Made by a program: the position numbers and the translations under genes. The notes under the pieces were generated by a model. That model saw only the letters and a list, made by a program, of their open reading frames with translations. It ran no database searches and was not told the DNA's origin. Shown here piece after piece: positions 29,200-38,850 of a DNA stretch of 64,000 nt (its first letter is position 1; the number at the start of each line of letters is the position of its first letter). This stretch comes from a virus. Taxonomy: Duplodnaviria; Caudoviricetes. The stretch lies in the IMG/VR virus record IMGVR_UViG_3300008255_000098. One strand, given 5' to 3'.

Positions 29200-29254
29200 A
29201 TCAGTAAATATGATTTATAAAATGTTTTTGGTTATAACAGGCGTATTTAAAATC

Positions 29255-29683
29255 ATGAGTAATAATTTAGAAAATTTACTAGAAGAACTTTTTCCTAAAA
29301 ACTTGCAAATAAATGAAGTCAACAATATGGATCTCGAAGATTTTACTGCGAAAGCGGAAACTATAACAGATGAGCGATTGCTAAAAATACAAGATGACTG
29401 GGTTGAAAACGGCATAAAAACTCCAAATGAAATTTTTTGGTTTCCTACGGAAGAACTTATCAAATATCGAGAGCCATTTTACAAAAGCAGAGAGCCATCG
29501 CTTAAAAACAAAGAGCCCAAGAGATTTGACCCAAAACAGCCACTACAAATAGTAATTGGAAAAAATGAAATTGAAATAGTTGGCGAAGGTGGGATTAGAC
29601 TAAAAACAGCAATTCAACTTGGTATTCCATACGTTCCAGTAAAATTCTATTTTAGAGCCGTAACAAAAAATAAATCATTTTGA
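29255..29683 (+). CDS. ParB/sulfiredoxin-like domain protein with leader
   Basis: PLQIVIG...GEGGIRLKTAIQLGIPYVPV (the GxHR motif is degenerate); TATTTA at 29244. Confidence 0.5.
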   Translation: MSNNLENLLEELFPKNLQINEVNNMDLEDFTAKAETITDERLLKIQDDWVENGIKTPNEIFWFPTEELIKYREPFYKSREPSLKNKEPKRFDPKQPLQIVIGKNEIEIVGEGGIRLKTAIQLGIPYVPVKFYFRAVTKNKSF

Positions 29684-29729
29684 GTATACTTTATAACAGA
29701 CATCTATTTAAGAATGTTACGGATACAAA

Positions 29730-30299
29730 ATGGCATTTTTAAAAGAACGATTGCAAAAATTAGCAGGGATTACCAATCCACAGATGTTGACAGAATCAGC
29801 ACGCCCATACGATGATGAGGCGAAAAAAATGATACATGATGTACCTGCTTATTTACGTGCTATTCATCTTTGGTTTCATGGCGCTCACCACACCACCCGA
29901 GGCGCTGACTTCGCTGGCGATCATGCCTATCTCTATACAAGAATTTACACTGAGGTCCAAGATGAAGTAGATGGAGCCATAGAAAAAGCGATAGGCGTCA
30001 CTGGTGAACAACGTATGGCATGTCCGAAATGTTTAACAGAACATGCAGTTGAGATTCTTGGAAAATATGCAAATCCCCCGGAGTTAGAACCACGGGATAT
30101 TGCAAAAGAAGGTCTTCATATGATTGAAGACTATATTTCAATGATAGAACACACCTTCAAGGTGTTGGAAAGCAAAGGAATGCTTACCCTCGGAATGGAT
30201 GACCAACTTGCGGCTTCGGCAAACACACATGAAACATACGTATATTTATTGAAGCAACGAGTCCGAAGTTATGACGATGTTTCACAAAACTTGTTATAA
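29730..30299 (+). CDS. Dps/ferritin-like protein with class II leader
   Basis: MAFLKERLQKLAGI...LTE; HLWFHGAHH...FAGDH..LY...Y...DGAIEK and HETYVYLLKQ ferroxidase-type pattern. Confidence 0.75.
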   Translation: MAFLKERLQKLAGITNPQMLTESARPYDDEAKKMIHDVPAYLRAIHLWFHGAHHTTRGADFAGDHAYLYTRIYTEVQDEVDGAIEKAIGVTGEQRMACPKCLTEHAVEILGKYANPPELEPRDIAKEGLHMIEDYISMIEHTFKVLESKGMLTLGMDDQLAASANTHETYVYLLKQRVRSYDDVSQNLL

Positions 30300-30674
30300 T
30301 AGTTTTATCGAACAATTTTCTGGCAAGTCATCACTAAATCCTTTGGCAACTTCTACCACAAATTTACAAGGTGGAGTGAAATATTTCTGTTGGTTATTAG
30401 CCTTCATTGGTATAATACATACCATTTCTCCATCGGTGTTGAACCCGATTAAATCTAAATCAAAAGAAACATTTCGCATATGAAAAGTGCGCCCTAGTTC
30501 ATCAGAAAATAGAAAGAGCAATCCCTCAGACAAACTTGGGGAGTGTAAATGATGTTGATAGCCCGCTCCACGCTCTGCATCTGTTTTGAGAACTTTAAGT
30601 TGTACTGGCTTTCCACCAATTAAAACTTTCCATTGTGGATTCATAATACTAACTAGCTTTAGCAAATAAAACAT
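30294..30674 (-). CDS. DUF192 family protein
   Basis: TDAERGAGYQ, GLLFLF, FHMRNVSFDLDLIGF and FVVEV motifs. Confidence 0.75.
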   Translation of the reverse strand: MFYLLKLVSIMNPQWKVLIGGKPVQLKVLKTDAERGAGYQHHLHSPSLSEGLLFLFSDELGRTFHMRNVSFDLDLIGFNTDGEMVCIIPMKANNQQKYFTPPCKFVVEVAKGFSDDLPENCSIKLL

Positions 30675-30676
30675 TT

Positions 30677-30950
30677 ATGAATAACAATCAAATCAAAAAA
30701 TTTATTTCATAAAGAAAATAAAAAAATATTAGAAAAAGTTTCTGTCCCTAGGCAGGAGACGACAAAGCTTACTGCTTAAAAAAATCAATATTTTAGACAT
30801 CTCACAAAAGTATTTTCTTTTCTAAGATGGTGAATGCAATCTAAATTTCCTTAAACTCAATGGATGGACTAAGAGACCCAAATTTTGCAAAAAAACTTCA
30901 AAAAGAATATACATCAGAAACGGTAATAACGTTGAACAAACTATAATAGG
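30677..30950 (+). pseudogene. heavily decayed leader-bearing gene
   Basis: MNNNQIKKF / FIKKIKKILE leader-like start across a frameshift, followed by fragmentary coding-like frames. Confidence 0.35.
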
Positions 30951-31177
30951 CGATACAATATTTCACAGGCGGCACTAAATAAATCGGAAAGCTGTTGTTG
31001 ACCAGTTAGTAAAGTTTTTAGTAATCAGAAATTAAAAATTATTTCTACCTGTAAAATAAACTAGTCGGTATTCACAATTTTCTAAAAGAATTTTGTTTTA
31101 CCTGCATAACTAAAAAATATAGTCTTCACTATAAAACAAATATGAAACTACTTTTAAGATAAAAACGTCGTAGAACA

Positions 31178-31183
31178 TATTTA
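31178..31183 (+). promoter_or_regulatory. putative late promoter motif TATTTA for the tail tube
   Basis: 28 nt upstream of the tube ATG. Confidence 0.5.
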
Positions 31184-31211
31184 CCAATAAGACAAAAGAA
31201 GAGAAACCAAA

Positions 31212-31703
31212 ATGGCAGAAACACTTTCAGTTACAGACATGCTCCCAACTAAGTTTGAACCGTTAACAAAACGAAGGTTCTTGCTTGCAATCGAAGGTAT
31301 TGATTCCTTTTTGATTAAGACAGCAAATAGACCAACGTATTCCACAGAAGAAGTTACGATCAACTGGATCAACTCTACTAGGTATCTTGCTGGAAAAACT
31401 ACTTTTGGTACTCTTGCTATCACTCTGCACGATCCGATTGCCCCAGCGGGAGCACAACAGGTCATGGAGTGGATTCGTTTGAACTTTGAGTCGGTATCTG
31501 GACGTGGTGGTTACGCAGATTTCTATAAACGAGACATTCAACTGAAGATGCTCGACCCAGTAGGAACCGTGGTACAACTTTGGGATATCAAAGGAGCTTT
31601 CATTCAAGAAGCAAACTTTAATGATGTCACATATGAAGACGCTGGTGCGACAGCGGAAATTTCTTTGACGCTAAGATTTGATAACTGCGTACTTCAATAT
31701 TAA
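31212..31703 (+). CDS. gp19: tail tube protein (gp19-like)
   Basis: FEPLTKRRF, LHDPIAPAGAQQVMEW, YKRDIQL and LTLRFDNC motifs. Confidence 0.9.
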   Translation: MAETLSVTDMLPTKFEPLTKRRFLLAIEGIDSFLIKTANRPTYSTEEVTINWINSTRYLAGKTTFGTLAITLHDPIAPAGAQQVMEWIRLNFESVSGRGGYADFYKRDIQLKMLDPVGTVVQLWDIKGAFIQEANFNDVTYEDAGATAEISLTLRFDNCVLQY

Positions 31704-31717
31704 ACTATACCCGTAAG

Positions 31718-31940
31718 GACAAGATAGTAGAATTCGAGTATAGCCCCACAAAAGTTCAGTATAAATGGAACCTACTGGTGATTGAATCGTTCCAACTCTT
31801 TCTTGCAACAAGTTAGAGAAGAACTTAGTCTTGACAAATATGGAGAATATAATATGCCGCCAAATGGAAAAGAATGCTTCCATATGACGTTAGGCAACTC
31901 GAAACAATTTCGGCATTATAAGTTCCACACTTATATTTAA
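31718..31940 (+). pseudogene. remnant of a 2H-phosphoesterase-like gene
   Basis: across frameshifts and a TGA it reads VEFEYSP...NGTYW*LN...LQQVREELSL...FHMTLGNSK (HxT motif). Confidence 0.45.
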
Positions 31941-31944
31941 TCAC

Positions 31945-32808
31945 ATGATAAAAAAGTTGGAACAACTCATAGAGACTATCGTAAAATCAGTTGTTACAGA
32001 AGCACACGGAATAAGTGATTTTCGACGTAACAAAAAAACTTTTGTGACGCTGTACCATATTGGCCCTCATCCTGCTAGGCCAAAACCATTTAGGCACACA
32101 AACAGAAGTCTTTCACCCGCCGGAAAAAGGTCAGGGTGGAATAGACCATATTTGGATGAACCAGTTGTTGAAGGAGTGTTCTTGAGTGACAACTGGAAAC
32201 CAGTATATGTCAACCATGGAGTACACGGCAATGTATATGCCTATAAGATACCATATAAAGCAATTGAAGCAGCTGGTGGAATACATGAATATGATTTTGC
32301 CCGTGAGATAGTATTTTCAAAAGAAATCTGGGATAAATATAATTTATCGAGTGCTCTTGTTGGTAAAGTTTATAATAAGTCAGAAGCAGAAGAAGAAATA
32401 TTGAGAAAGAAAGGAAAATTTGCTTTTATGGTCGGACATTCTACAGAATTCCCAACATCAGGCAGCGAATACGACAAAGAAAAACCAAAAGATGCCATGA
32501 AACCAATATCTCTACCGACATTTATTAAACTTTTGAGGACGCCCGTCAGTAAGCAAATAGAAATTGCGAAATTGCTGTCTCCTACATCAGTAAAAAGAAT
32601 ACGCTTTTCAATTGAAGAATATAAAATGAAGGCCGAAAACGCAAAGAAAGAGTGTCAAGAAAAGTTAAAACGAACATATAGTTCATTTGCTAATAAAACA
32701 TCTTTTCTTAACTGGTCTGGGGTTTGTAAAAGAAGGTTAGAGGAAATTAAAAACGAAGTTGTTTTAGTTAATCAGCTGGAGCATTCATTAAAACAGACCG
32801 AAAAATAA
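31945..32808 (+). CDS. ADP-ribosyltransferase-fold protein with class I leader
   Basis: MIKKLEQLIETIVKSVVTE; TLYHIG, GVFLS, GNVYAYKIP and REIVF strands in ART order. Confidence 0.5.
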   Translation: MIKKLEQLIETIVKSVVTEAHGISDFRRNKKTFVTLYHIGPHPARPKPFRHTNRSLSPAGKRSGWNRPYLDEPVVEGVFLSDNWKPVYVNHGVHGNVYAYKIPYKAIEAAGGIHEYDFAREIVFSKEIWDKYNLSSALVGKVYNKSEAEEEILRKKGKFAFMVGHSTEFPTSGSEYDKEKPKDAMKPISLPTFIKLLRTPVSKQIEIAKLLSPTSVKRIRFSIEEYKMKAENAKKECQEKLKRTYSSFANKTSFLNWSGVCKRRLEEIKNEVVLVNQLEHSLKQTEK

Positions 32809-32850
32809 TATTGCTTGTATATAACTGCTGACAATCTAGGACAGTTAGAT

Positions 32851-33756
32851 TTAATTTACCCACGTCGCCCTGACTCCAACAAGAACTCGAACTCTTGTTC
32901 CAATAATTGGTAAATTTTCGTACCTTATAACTAGGGAAGGTCCTATTTGCCAGGCTTCTGTTTCATATAAATTCACGAACATGTTTTCTTCGATTAATAA
33001 TCCAGCAGTCTGCCAGGATATTATATTTACCCCCGAATAACTTCCTGGGTCTTCTTCCCCAGGAGGAACAATACAGTCGATTGTAGTGGGCTCTACAGAA
33101 CATGACAGCCTTGTTCCAGATAGGTCTACCCCTGCGTCTCCAAGTTTAACATTTTGATAACCAGAAATAAATAGCTCATTATGAATACGAAAATAATTTA
33201 CTAAAATTCTTGTGCCAATTTGAAATCCATACTGCGTTGTTGAAAGACCTGCGGGAGTTGAAATATCGAAATAAGACAATCCTAAATTTACGTCCACCCG
33301 CAAAACATCACGAACATGTTTTGTATAAGAAAACCCACCGAGCATTCTTGTTTCATGACCAACAAGATATTTTCTATATAAAAAATCTGAAATACCTACA
33401 GCTAATAAATGAAAATATCCAGAAGCATCTGTTATAAACAAACTATCCGCTGCCCCAAAAGATATTTCTTCGGATAGATTAAGTCTACTCATTGCCCAGC
33501 CTGTATCGAATGCAACGGAGGCAGAAAAGTTTGTGCCAGGAGATCTGTTTCTTAGTAGGAAATCTGCATCAAAATTTATACGAAAAAGCGGGAACGTTCT
33601 ATTTTCTTCCTCCTCAGGCTGTTCGACATTGTTTGTATTCGCTCTAGTAAAATCTTCAACATAGTCGGTATTGATATCTTGGGAGGTGTCTTGAGCATAC
33701 ACCAAGAACGGTCGAGAAAACAAAATTAAAAATACTAAAAAAGAAATTTTATTCAT
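32851..33756 (-). CDS. secreted / outer-membrane beta-barrel-like protein
   Basis: cleavable signal peptide MNKISFLVFLILFSRPFLVYA-QD; many amphipathic alternating strands; C-terminal VRVLVGVRATWVN. Confidence 0.55.
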   Translation of the reverse strand: MNKISFLVFLILFSRPFLVYAQDTSQDINTDYVEDFTRANTNNVEQPEEEENRTFPLFRINFDADFLLRNRSPGTNFSASVAFDTGWAMSRLNLSEEISFGAADSLFITDASGYFHLLAVGISDFLYRKYLVGHETRMLGGFSYTKHVRDVLRVDVNLGLSYFDISTPAGLSTTQYGFQIGTRILVNYFRIHNELFISGYQNVKLGDAGVDLSGTRLSCSVEPTTIDCIVPPGEEDPGSYSGVNIISWQTAGLLIEENMFVNLYETEAWQIGPSLVIRYENLPIIGTRVRVLVGVRATWVN

Positions 33757-33817
33757 CTATTTAGTCTTTATTTAATAATAAAAGTTGTATCTAAAAATTT
33801 AAAGACTATTTAAATAA

Positions 33818-34117
33818 ATGGAAACAGACATAAAAAATACTATAAGAGACCTTGTTAAAACCACTATTTCACGACTATTGGAAGAGAATAATATTGTTAG
33901 TCTTGACAGGTTTAAAAAAGAAAAAAGAGACAAAGAAGGCTATTACGGAGAAGTTCTTGTTTCAAAAGACGGAATGGTTACTTTAGACCCAAATGATTAT
34001 TACTTTATAAAACTAACTCACCGAGATCAAGCAGATGCAATAATAGATGGTAATATTGAATTGGCTGAGACCCTAGGAGCTATAAAAATTCCTTTGATAG
34101 GAAAAACTATAAAATAA
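33818..34117 (+). CDS. small virion protein with class I leader
   Basis: METDIKNTIRDLVKTTISRLLEE; TATTTA 5 nt upstream. Confidence 0.65.
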   Translation: METDIKNTIRDLVKTTISRLLEENNIVSLDRFKKEKRDKEGYYGEVLVSKDGMVTLDPNDYYFIKLTHRDQADAIIDGNIELAETLGAIKIPLIGKTIK

Positions 34118-34223
34118 CTTAGTATTCCTGTAAGCCCGTTAGCATACATACCCCAAAATTGCTTCCATACTATCTTTTAAAAAGCTAACAACAAAACCAG
34201 CCGAAATATTAAAAGGAAATTAG

Positions 34224-34862
34224 ATGGAAAATGATAACTTTAACATGTTTACAGAAATAGAGAAAGATAATTTAGCAGACTCTATCAAAACTGATTTTTT
34301 TGACATCAGTAAAAAAGATAAACAGAACTTATTAAAATACAATATTGAAAAAAAAGAAATCATTTATCTAATTCCTAAAAAACCATTATTGTCTCCAGGG
34401 CAATTGCTTGGATGCAAAAATATTTTAGATAATGATGAAGAAAATTATTTTGCTAAAATAAATTCGGGAGAGTTGTCAGAAGGAGATTTAGAAATTAGTA
34501 CTCCTAATGTTGTATATGCTACAAACTTTTTTACAAGTAAAAAAGTTATGGAAACAACCCTAATGGTCGTTGGGGAGCGAATTGAAATATATAAAGTTTC
34601 TCGACATAAAATTGGAAAAACAGATTTTTCTGAACTAAAGAAAACTAGTGTAAACTACATAGTTTCACATTATATTGATGTAATTGACGGTGCTAGTAAA
34701 AAAGTTATTCAAACAAACATGTTTGAAAACACTTCTATGGTTTTTGGTACAAATTACACTACTGAAAAACTAGATATTGAATTTATAAAATATACATATT
34801 CAAACGCAAATATTGAAAAAATTATCAGTCCGTTACAAATACTTTCTACAGCTGTAAAATAA
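34224..34862 (+). CDS. hypothetical protein
   Basis: 212 aa open frame with an AAGGA SD. Confidence 0.65.
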   Translation: MENDNFNMFTEIEKDNLADSIKTDFFDISKKDKQNLLKYNIEKKEIIYLIPKKPLLSPGQLLGCKNILDNDEENYFAKINSGELSEGDLEISTPNVVYATNFFTSKKVMETTLMVVGERIEIYKVSRHKIGKTDFSELKKTSVNYIVSHYIDVIDGASKKVIQTNMFENTSMVFGTNYTTEKLDIEFIKYTYSNANIEKIISPLQILSTAVK

Positions 34863-34908
34863 GTTTCAATTTACTAAGTCTTTTCCATATTTATTTGTTG
34901 GAGACTAT

Positions 34909-35718
34909 ATGAATATTAAAGATCGTTGGATGAAATTAGCTGGGATTACACCCAAAAGTCCTACAAAATCAAAACAAAATCTAAAAGAAGGTTTTGTTAA
35001 CCTTGGAATGGCTTCCCCAGGAATTATGGGTAACCCGTTTGGTCGTGGTGCAAAAAGCTTGGCAGAAGAACAAGAGCAAGATGAAGACCAAATCAAAACT
35101 AGAAAATACGGCGAAGATAAAGAGGAAGACATGGAAGTCAACGAATCACAACTCGCTGTAGACCCATTTGAAGGTCACCCGGAAAGAGGATATAACGGAC
35201 CCGATTATGACCCGAGCCAAAATCCAGAAATCCAAGCACTTCCGAGACAGATTGGTTCGCCGCTTGACGATGAGTTCTCGTTAGACAATTTTGATCCGGA
35301 AGAGGAAGGTTTATCTGAGCGACCTCCAAAATATTATAAAAAGTCAGACGATGAGGATTGGTACGGGTCAGACGATGAGGGTTGGTACGGACTAGAAGAC
35401 ATGTCTCCAGAAGAACGTGACGAACGTGAGAGAAGAGTATTTGGCGCAAGCAACAGTGCTGGTCGTAGAGGACACAGAGACGAAAGTCATAAGCCTGCTG
35501 GCAAAAAAAACCGACACCTAAAAGAAAGAGTTGAAAGTGCAGATGAGCTTCAACAAGAGTTGAAAAGATTAATTTATGAGGCAGACGACATATTTGGCCT
35601 TCTACTAGACGGAAAAACAAAGTACAATAGACAACTTTTAAAAGTAGGACGAGGATTTTTACGAAAATGCTCACGTGCTGTGTTAGACGCAACAAGTTCC
35701 TCGTTGAATAGGGAATAA
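34909..35718 (+). CDS. acidic low-complexity virion protein with class II leader
   Basis: MNIKDRWMKLAGI; internal LKE sites; TATTTA at 34888. Confidence 0.7.
   Translation: MNIKDRWMKLAGITPKSPTKSKQNLKEGFVNLGMASPGIMGNPFGRGAKSLAEEQEQDEDQIKTRKYGEDKEEDMEVNESQLAVDPFEGHPERGYNGPDYDPSQNPEIQALPRQIGSPLDDEFSLDNFDPEEEGLSERPPKYYKKSDDEDWYGSDDEGWYGLEDMSPEERDERERRVFGASNSAGRRGHRDESHKPAGKKNRHLKERVESADELQQELKRLIYEADDIFGLLLDGKTKYNRQLLKVGRGFLRKCSRAVLDATSSSLNRE
35344..35391 (+). repeat. 24-bp tandem duplication (SDDEDWYG / SDDEGWYG)
   Basis: TCAGACGATGAGGATTGGTACGGG / TCAGACGATGAGGGTTGGTACGGA. Confidence 0.9.
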
Positions 35719-35723
35719 TAGAA

Positions 35724-36308
35724 ATGAATTTTTCAAGCAATAGGTGGAAACAACTTGCTGGTGTCTTAAAGGAAGGTGGCAATAAGCGCATATCAGCTAT
35801 AGGGTCTGATGACAGTGTGGATGGTCCTTATACAGAAATTTCTCCTTTACAGCCTATGGAACAAGACACAAAGTGTCTGCAAGAAGGCGAAGGGGAATAC
35901 CCTGCTACTGCTAGTGAGTATGCTAAAAAATTAAATGCCGAGCATGATGGACTATCTAAATTAGTAAGCGACCAAGAACATTGGGAAAAAGTTGGCATAT
36001 ATTCCGGAGAAGACTTGGCTAGATATCTAGCTATTTCTTCTTACGTGGACACATACAAAGATTCTTATGGAATACGTCCAAGACACGTGAAGTTTAGTAA
36101 CTTATCAATTGGCCAAATTGTTGAACTAACAGACGATATTATGAAAGATGCGTTAGGGGAAGAAGAAGAAGTAGAAGAAGACGATTATGAAGATGAATAT
36201 CCTGTAGATTTCGACGATGCTGTTGGGGACAATGACCCGGCGCCTGGGGATGAATATTCTGCCCTAGAAAACGAAATGGATAGAAAACACCACGGTAGAT
36301 CTTTTTAA
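35724..36308 (+). CDS. virion protein with class II leader
   Basis: MNFSSNRWKQLAGVLKE; central DTYKDSYGIRPR motif; acidic tail. Confidence 0.7.
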   Translation: MNFSSNRWKQLAGVLKEGGNKRISAIGSDDSVDGPYTEISPLQPMEQDTKCLQEGEGEYPATASEYAKKLNAEHDGLSKLVSDQEHWEKVGIYSGEDLARYLAISSYVDTYKDSYGIRPRHVKFSNLSIGQIVELTDDIMKDALGEEEEVEEDDYEDEYPVDFDDAVGDNDPAPGDEYSALENEMDRKHHGRSF

Positions 36309-36712
36309 AACCAGTCTGGCCCACTATGCTTTCCAACTAGCAATATGTGATTTATAATTTTGTAATATTTTTAATAGGTTGTAACAAAATCTTTTGATTT
36401 ACAACCATCCGGCGTTGCGGCTGCTGTGAAATTTTTAACTACAATTTCTTTTGGTAGATTGTTTCCTGTGCATTCAATAACGTCTTGACACTTATGCCTG
36501 CGACCATATCGTATGGTGTACCCCCTCGCATAGAGAAATTCCATGAGATACTAACCAAGAATAACCGGGTCAAGATCTACTACAAAAATATTAATTTTAC
36601 TTCTTCTTCTTCTTCTTCTTGTTTTTGTTATACCAAATGAGTATGAAAAAATAAAGAAATGAACTTTTATCCGAATTTTTTAAATCCGCTTGAACCAATA
36701 TCTATAGCGGGG

Positions 36713-36758
36713 TTTTGATAAGCCCTGGGGGGATTTTTAACCTCAGGGCTTATCAAAA
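36713..36758 (-). terminator. 15-bp stem hairpin overlapping the actin-like gene stop
   Basis: TTTTGATAAGCCCTG...CAGGGCTTATCAAAA. Confidence 0.7.
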
Positions 36759-37757
36759 AACTTGTGCAGCAATCAGGCAACCTTTGGCGACACTGTGTAG
36801 TGCATCAGCGGCATGACGCACTTCGCTTACCTCAAGCGGAAATTCATTTTCCGCTAATTTATCTTCAAACATTTTAACAAAGCCTTTTGCCTTTGAGGTA
36901 CCACCGGCAATTACTACTGGTAAAGGACTCACAAATTTAGGAAGATTTTTTCTTCCTTCTAAATGCACACAAAGCTGTTTAACCGTATAGTCAATTAACC
37001 TAGCATAATAAGAAGAAACTGCTGCCAAAACTGGATTTTCATTTGCTTCGCCAACAGTAAATTCTCCACCTTCTTTTTCTGCCTGGACAACAGAGTCTGG
37101 TTCCCCAGAAGCAACAGCTGACATTCTGTCAATCCAGTCACCAGATTTTGTCGTTGAAAATTTCAAAACTGGTTCACCGTTTAGCATCACGCACACATTC
37201 ACCATTCCGGCACCAAAAGAAAGAGTCACCCCCGTATAATCATCTTTTTCTAACTCGGCGTAACACAGTGCTTCGGCTTCATTTATTGCTCTAGCATCGT
37301 AACCTTGTTCAGATAATATTTTTGTTACTACGTCTTCGTGATATCCTATATCAAATTCTTCATCTTCTTGGTCAATTGGTTGTGCGGGTACACAAAAAAC
37401 AAGTTTTTCACCTGCTTTTTTCGCTTTTCCTACAACCTCTTTTAGGATATATGACAAAACTTTTCTAGCATCTTTCTCTTTTGCAGATACTACACCACGA
37501 TACATGGGACGTTTTGCGCTGTCATTTCTTTCAACTGCCTTCTCTAGTGCGTCACTTCCAAGAACTATAAATGAACCATTTTCTTCATCCTTAACAAAGA
37601 TTTTCCCCTTCAAACCCTTTTCAATCATTTTAGTTGCAATAGGGGTTGTTGGTTTTATTACATAAAATGCATCTCGGAAATCTTTATAAACAACATTTCC
37701 ATCTTTATTTTCACCAGCTAGCACTATAAACGATGTTCCGCAATCAAGACCTTTCAT
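36753..37757 (-). CDS. actin-fold ATPase (MreB/ParM/FtsA-like)
   Basis: phosphate-1 GLDCGTS, connect-1 INEAEA, phosphate-2 LSFGAGMVN, adenosine VIAGGTS; AGGAGG SD before ATG 37757. Confidence 0.8.
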   Translation of the reverse strand: MKGLDCGTSFIVLAGENKDGNVVYKDFRDAFYVIKPTTPIATKMIEKGLKGKIFVKDEENGSFIVLGSDALEKAVERNDSAKRPMYRGVVSAKEKDARKVLSYILKEVVGKAKKAGEKLVFCVPAQPIDQEDEEFDIGYHEDVVTKILSEQGYDARAINEAEALCYAELEKDDYTGVTLSFGAGMVNVCVMLNGEPVLKFSTTKSGDWIDRMSAVASGEPDSVVQAEKEGGEFTVGEANENPVLAAVSSYYARLIDYTVKQLCVHLEGRKNLPKFVSPLPVVIAGGTSKAKGFVKMFEDKLAENEFPLEVSEVRHAADALHSVAKGCLIAAQVF

Positions 37758-37768
37758 ATATCCTCCTA

Positions 37769-38060
37769 GTGAACTGCTCACCTACGACAGCAAAAAAAGC
37801 CGATGGGCTGGGCTTCGGGGATCACAGGCTCATCTAAAATAAATGGTAAAAACGCCTCACCCCGTTTTGCTTTAAAAAAAACATAGGATTCAGTCCCAGA
37901 ATCCGACAATATATCTATACCTTGTTTTAAGAATATTTTTTGTTTCATTTTACTTTTAGGTAATCTAAACTTTTAATGTTTCCATTCATTTTGAGAAATT
38001 TGCTTCGTTATGTCTAAAAAAATTACACACAAGGTTAGCGTTTGTCGCTTTTTACGCTCC
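37769..38060 (-). mobile_element. non-autonomous tnpB element inserted just upstream of the actin-like RBS
   Basis: reverse complement begins GGAGCGTAAAAAGCGACAAACGC and ends GCTGTCGTAGGTGAGCAGTTCAC; homologous to 7658-8013. Confidence 0.8.
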
Positions 38061-38072
38061 TTTATAAATGTT

Positions 38073-38363
38073 TTATTTTCCTTGCTTTAGTTTCTTAAGT
38101 TTTGACACAGCGTCAGTGATGTCTGTTTCCGAAATAGTCTCTTCGCCAAGGCTGCCAAAATTTTTAGAAAAAGAAGTTGTTTTTATTTCAGTAACAAATT
38201 TACTTTCATCTATTTCAATATTTTTACGTTTATTTAATTTTTTGTATTTTTGTATATTGGTTTTGTCAAAATCTTGAAGAAAACTATTATAAACAAAGTT
38301 AGTTCTACCTAGGGTGTATCCTAATATAAAAAATACAAATCCTATTATTATTTCTATAAGCAT
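38073..38363 (-). CDS. small membrane-anchored protein
   Basis: N-terminal hydrophobic segment MLIEIIIGFVFFILGYTLG. Confidence 0.6.
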   Translation of the reverse strand: MLIEIIIGFVFFILGYTLGRTNFVYNSFLQDFDKTNIQKYKKLNKRKNIEIDESKFVTEIKTTSFSKNFGSLGEETISETDITDAVSKLKKLKQGK

Positions 38364-38415
38364 ATTTTATTTTAACAAAAAACATAGTCTTTGGACAAAA
38401 GCACTATTTACTATC

Positions 38416-38850
38416 ATGCATCATAGTGATCCAATGAAATATACAATGGAACAACTTGTTAAAGCACTAACAGCTGAAGCTTTAGGGGAAGTTTCAAACA
38501 ACAATCTCATGTTGCAACAAGAATGCGCTTGTGAAGACAATGATGATAACGAAAATTTAGAAAACAATACTAAATGGGACCAAGTTGCACAGGCGTTGGT
38601 AGCAGAAATTAAAAATCAGTTTTCTGGCATAAGTGTTAGAGCAAACGGACCAGAAGCCGAAGAATGTATAGATAGTTTAGCTTCGCTTGTTAGTTTATAC
38701 TCTGAATATCCAATGGCATTTAAATTATTGTCCGCAGTTGAGAAAATAGCTTCCGACGAAACAGACTCACGAGTATTTGCTTCTTTAATAGTTCAGGCAA
38801 TGAATAGCGATGCGGCAGATGAGTGGAAAAGATATAACCAGCATAAGTAG
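38416..38850 (+). CDS. hypothetical virion protein with class I leader
   Basis: MKYTMEQLVKALTAEALGE; TATTTA 5 nt before ATG 38416. Confidence 0.6.
   Translation: MHHSDPMKYTMEQLVKALTAEALGEVSNNNLMLQQECACEDNDDNENLENNTKWDQVAQALVAEIKNQFSGISVRANGPEAEECIDSLASLVSLYSEYPMAFKLLSAVEKIASDETDSRVFASLIVQAMNSDAADEWKRYNQHK

Noticed and set aside
31831-31853. Perfect TTGACA and TATAAT hexamers as a sigma70 promoter
   Set aside because: The spacer is only 11 nt instead of about 17, and both lie within the decayed 2H gene.
36360-36545. 57 aa minus-strand ORF (MEFLYARGY...) downstream of the actin-like gene
   Set aside because: It lies beyond a strong terminator, has no recognisable motif or RBS, and is too short to support.
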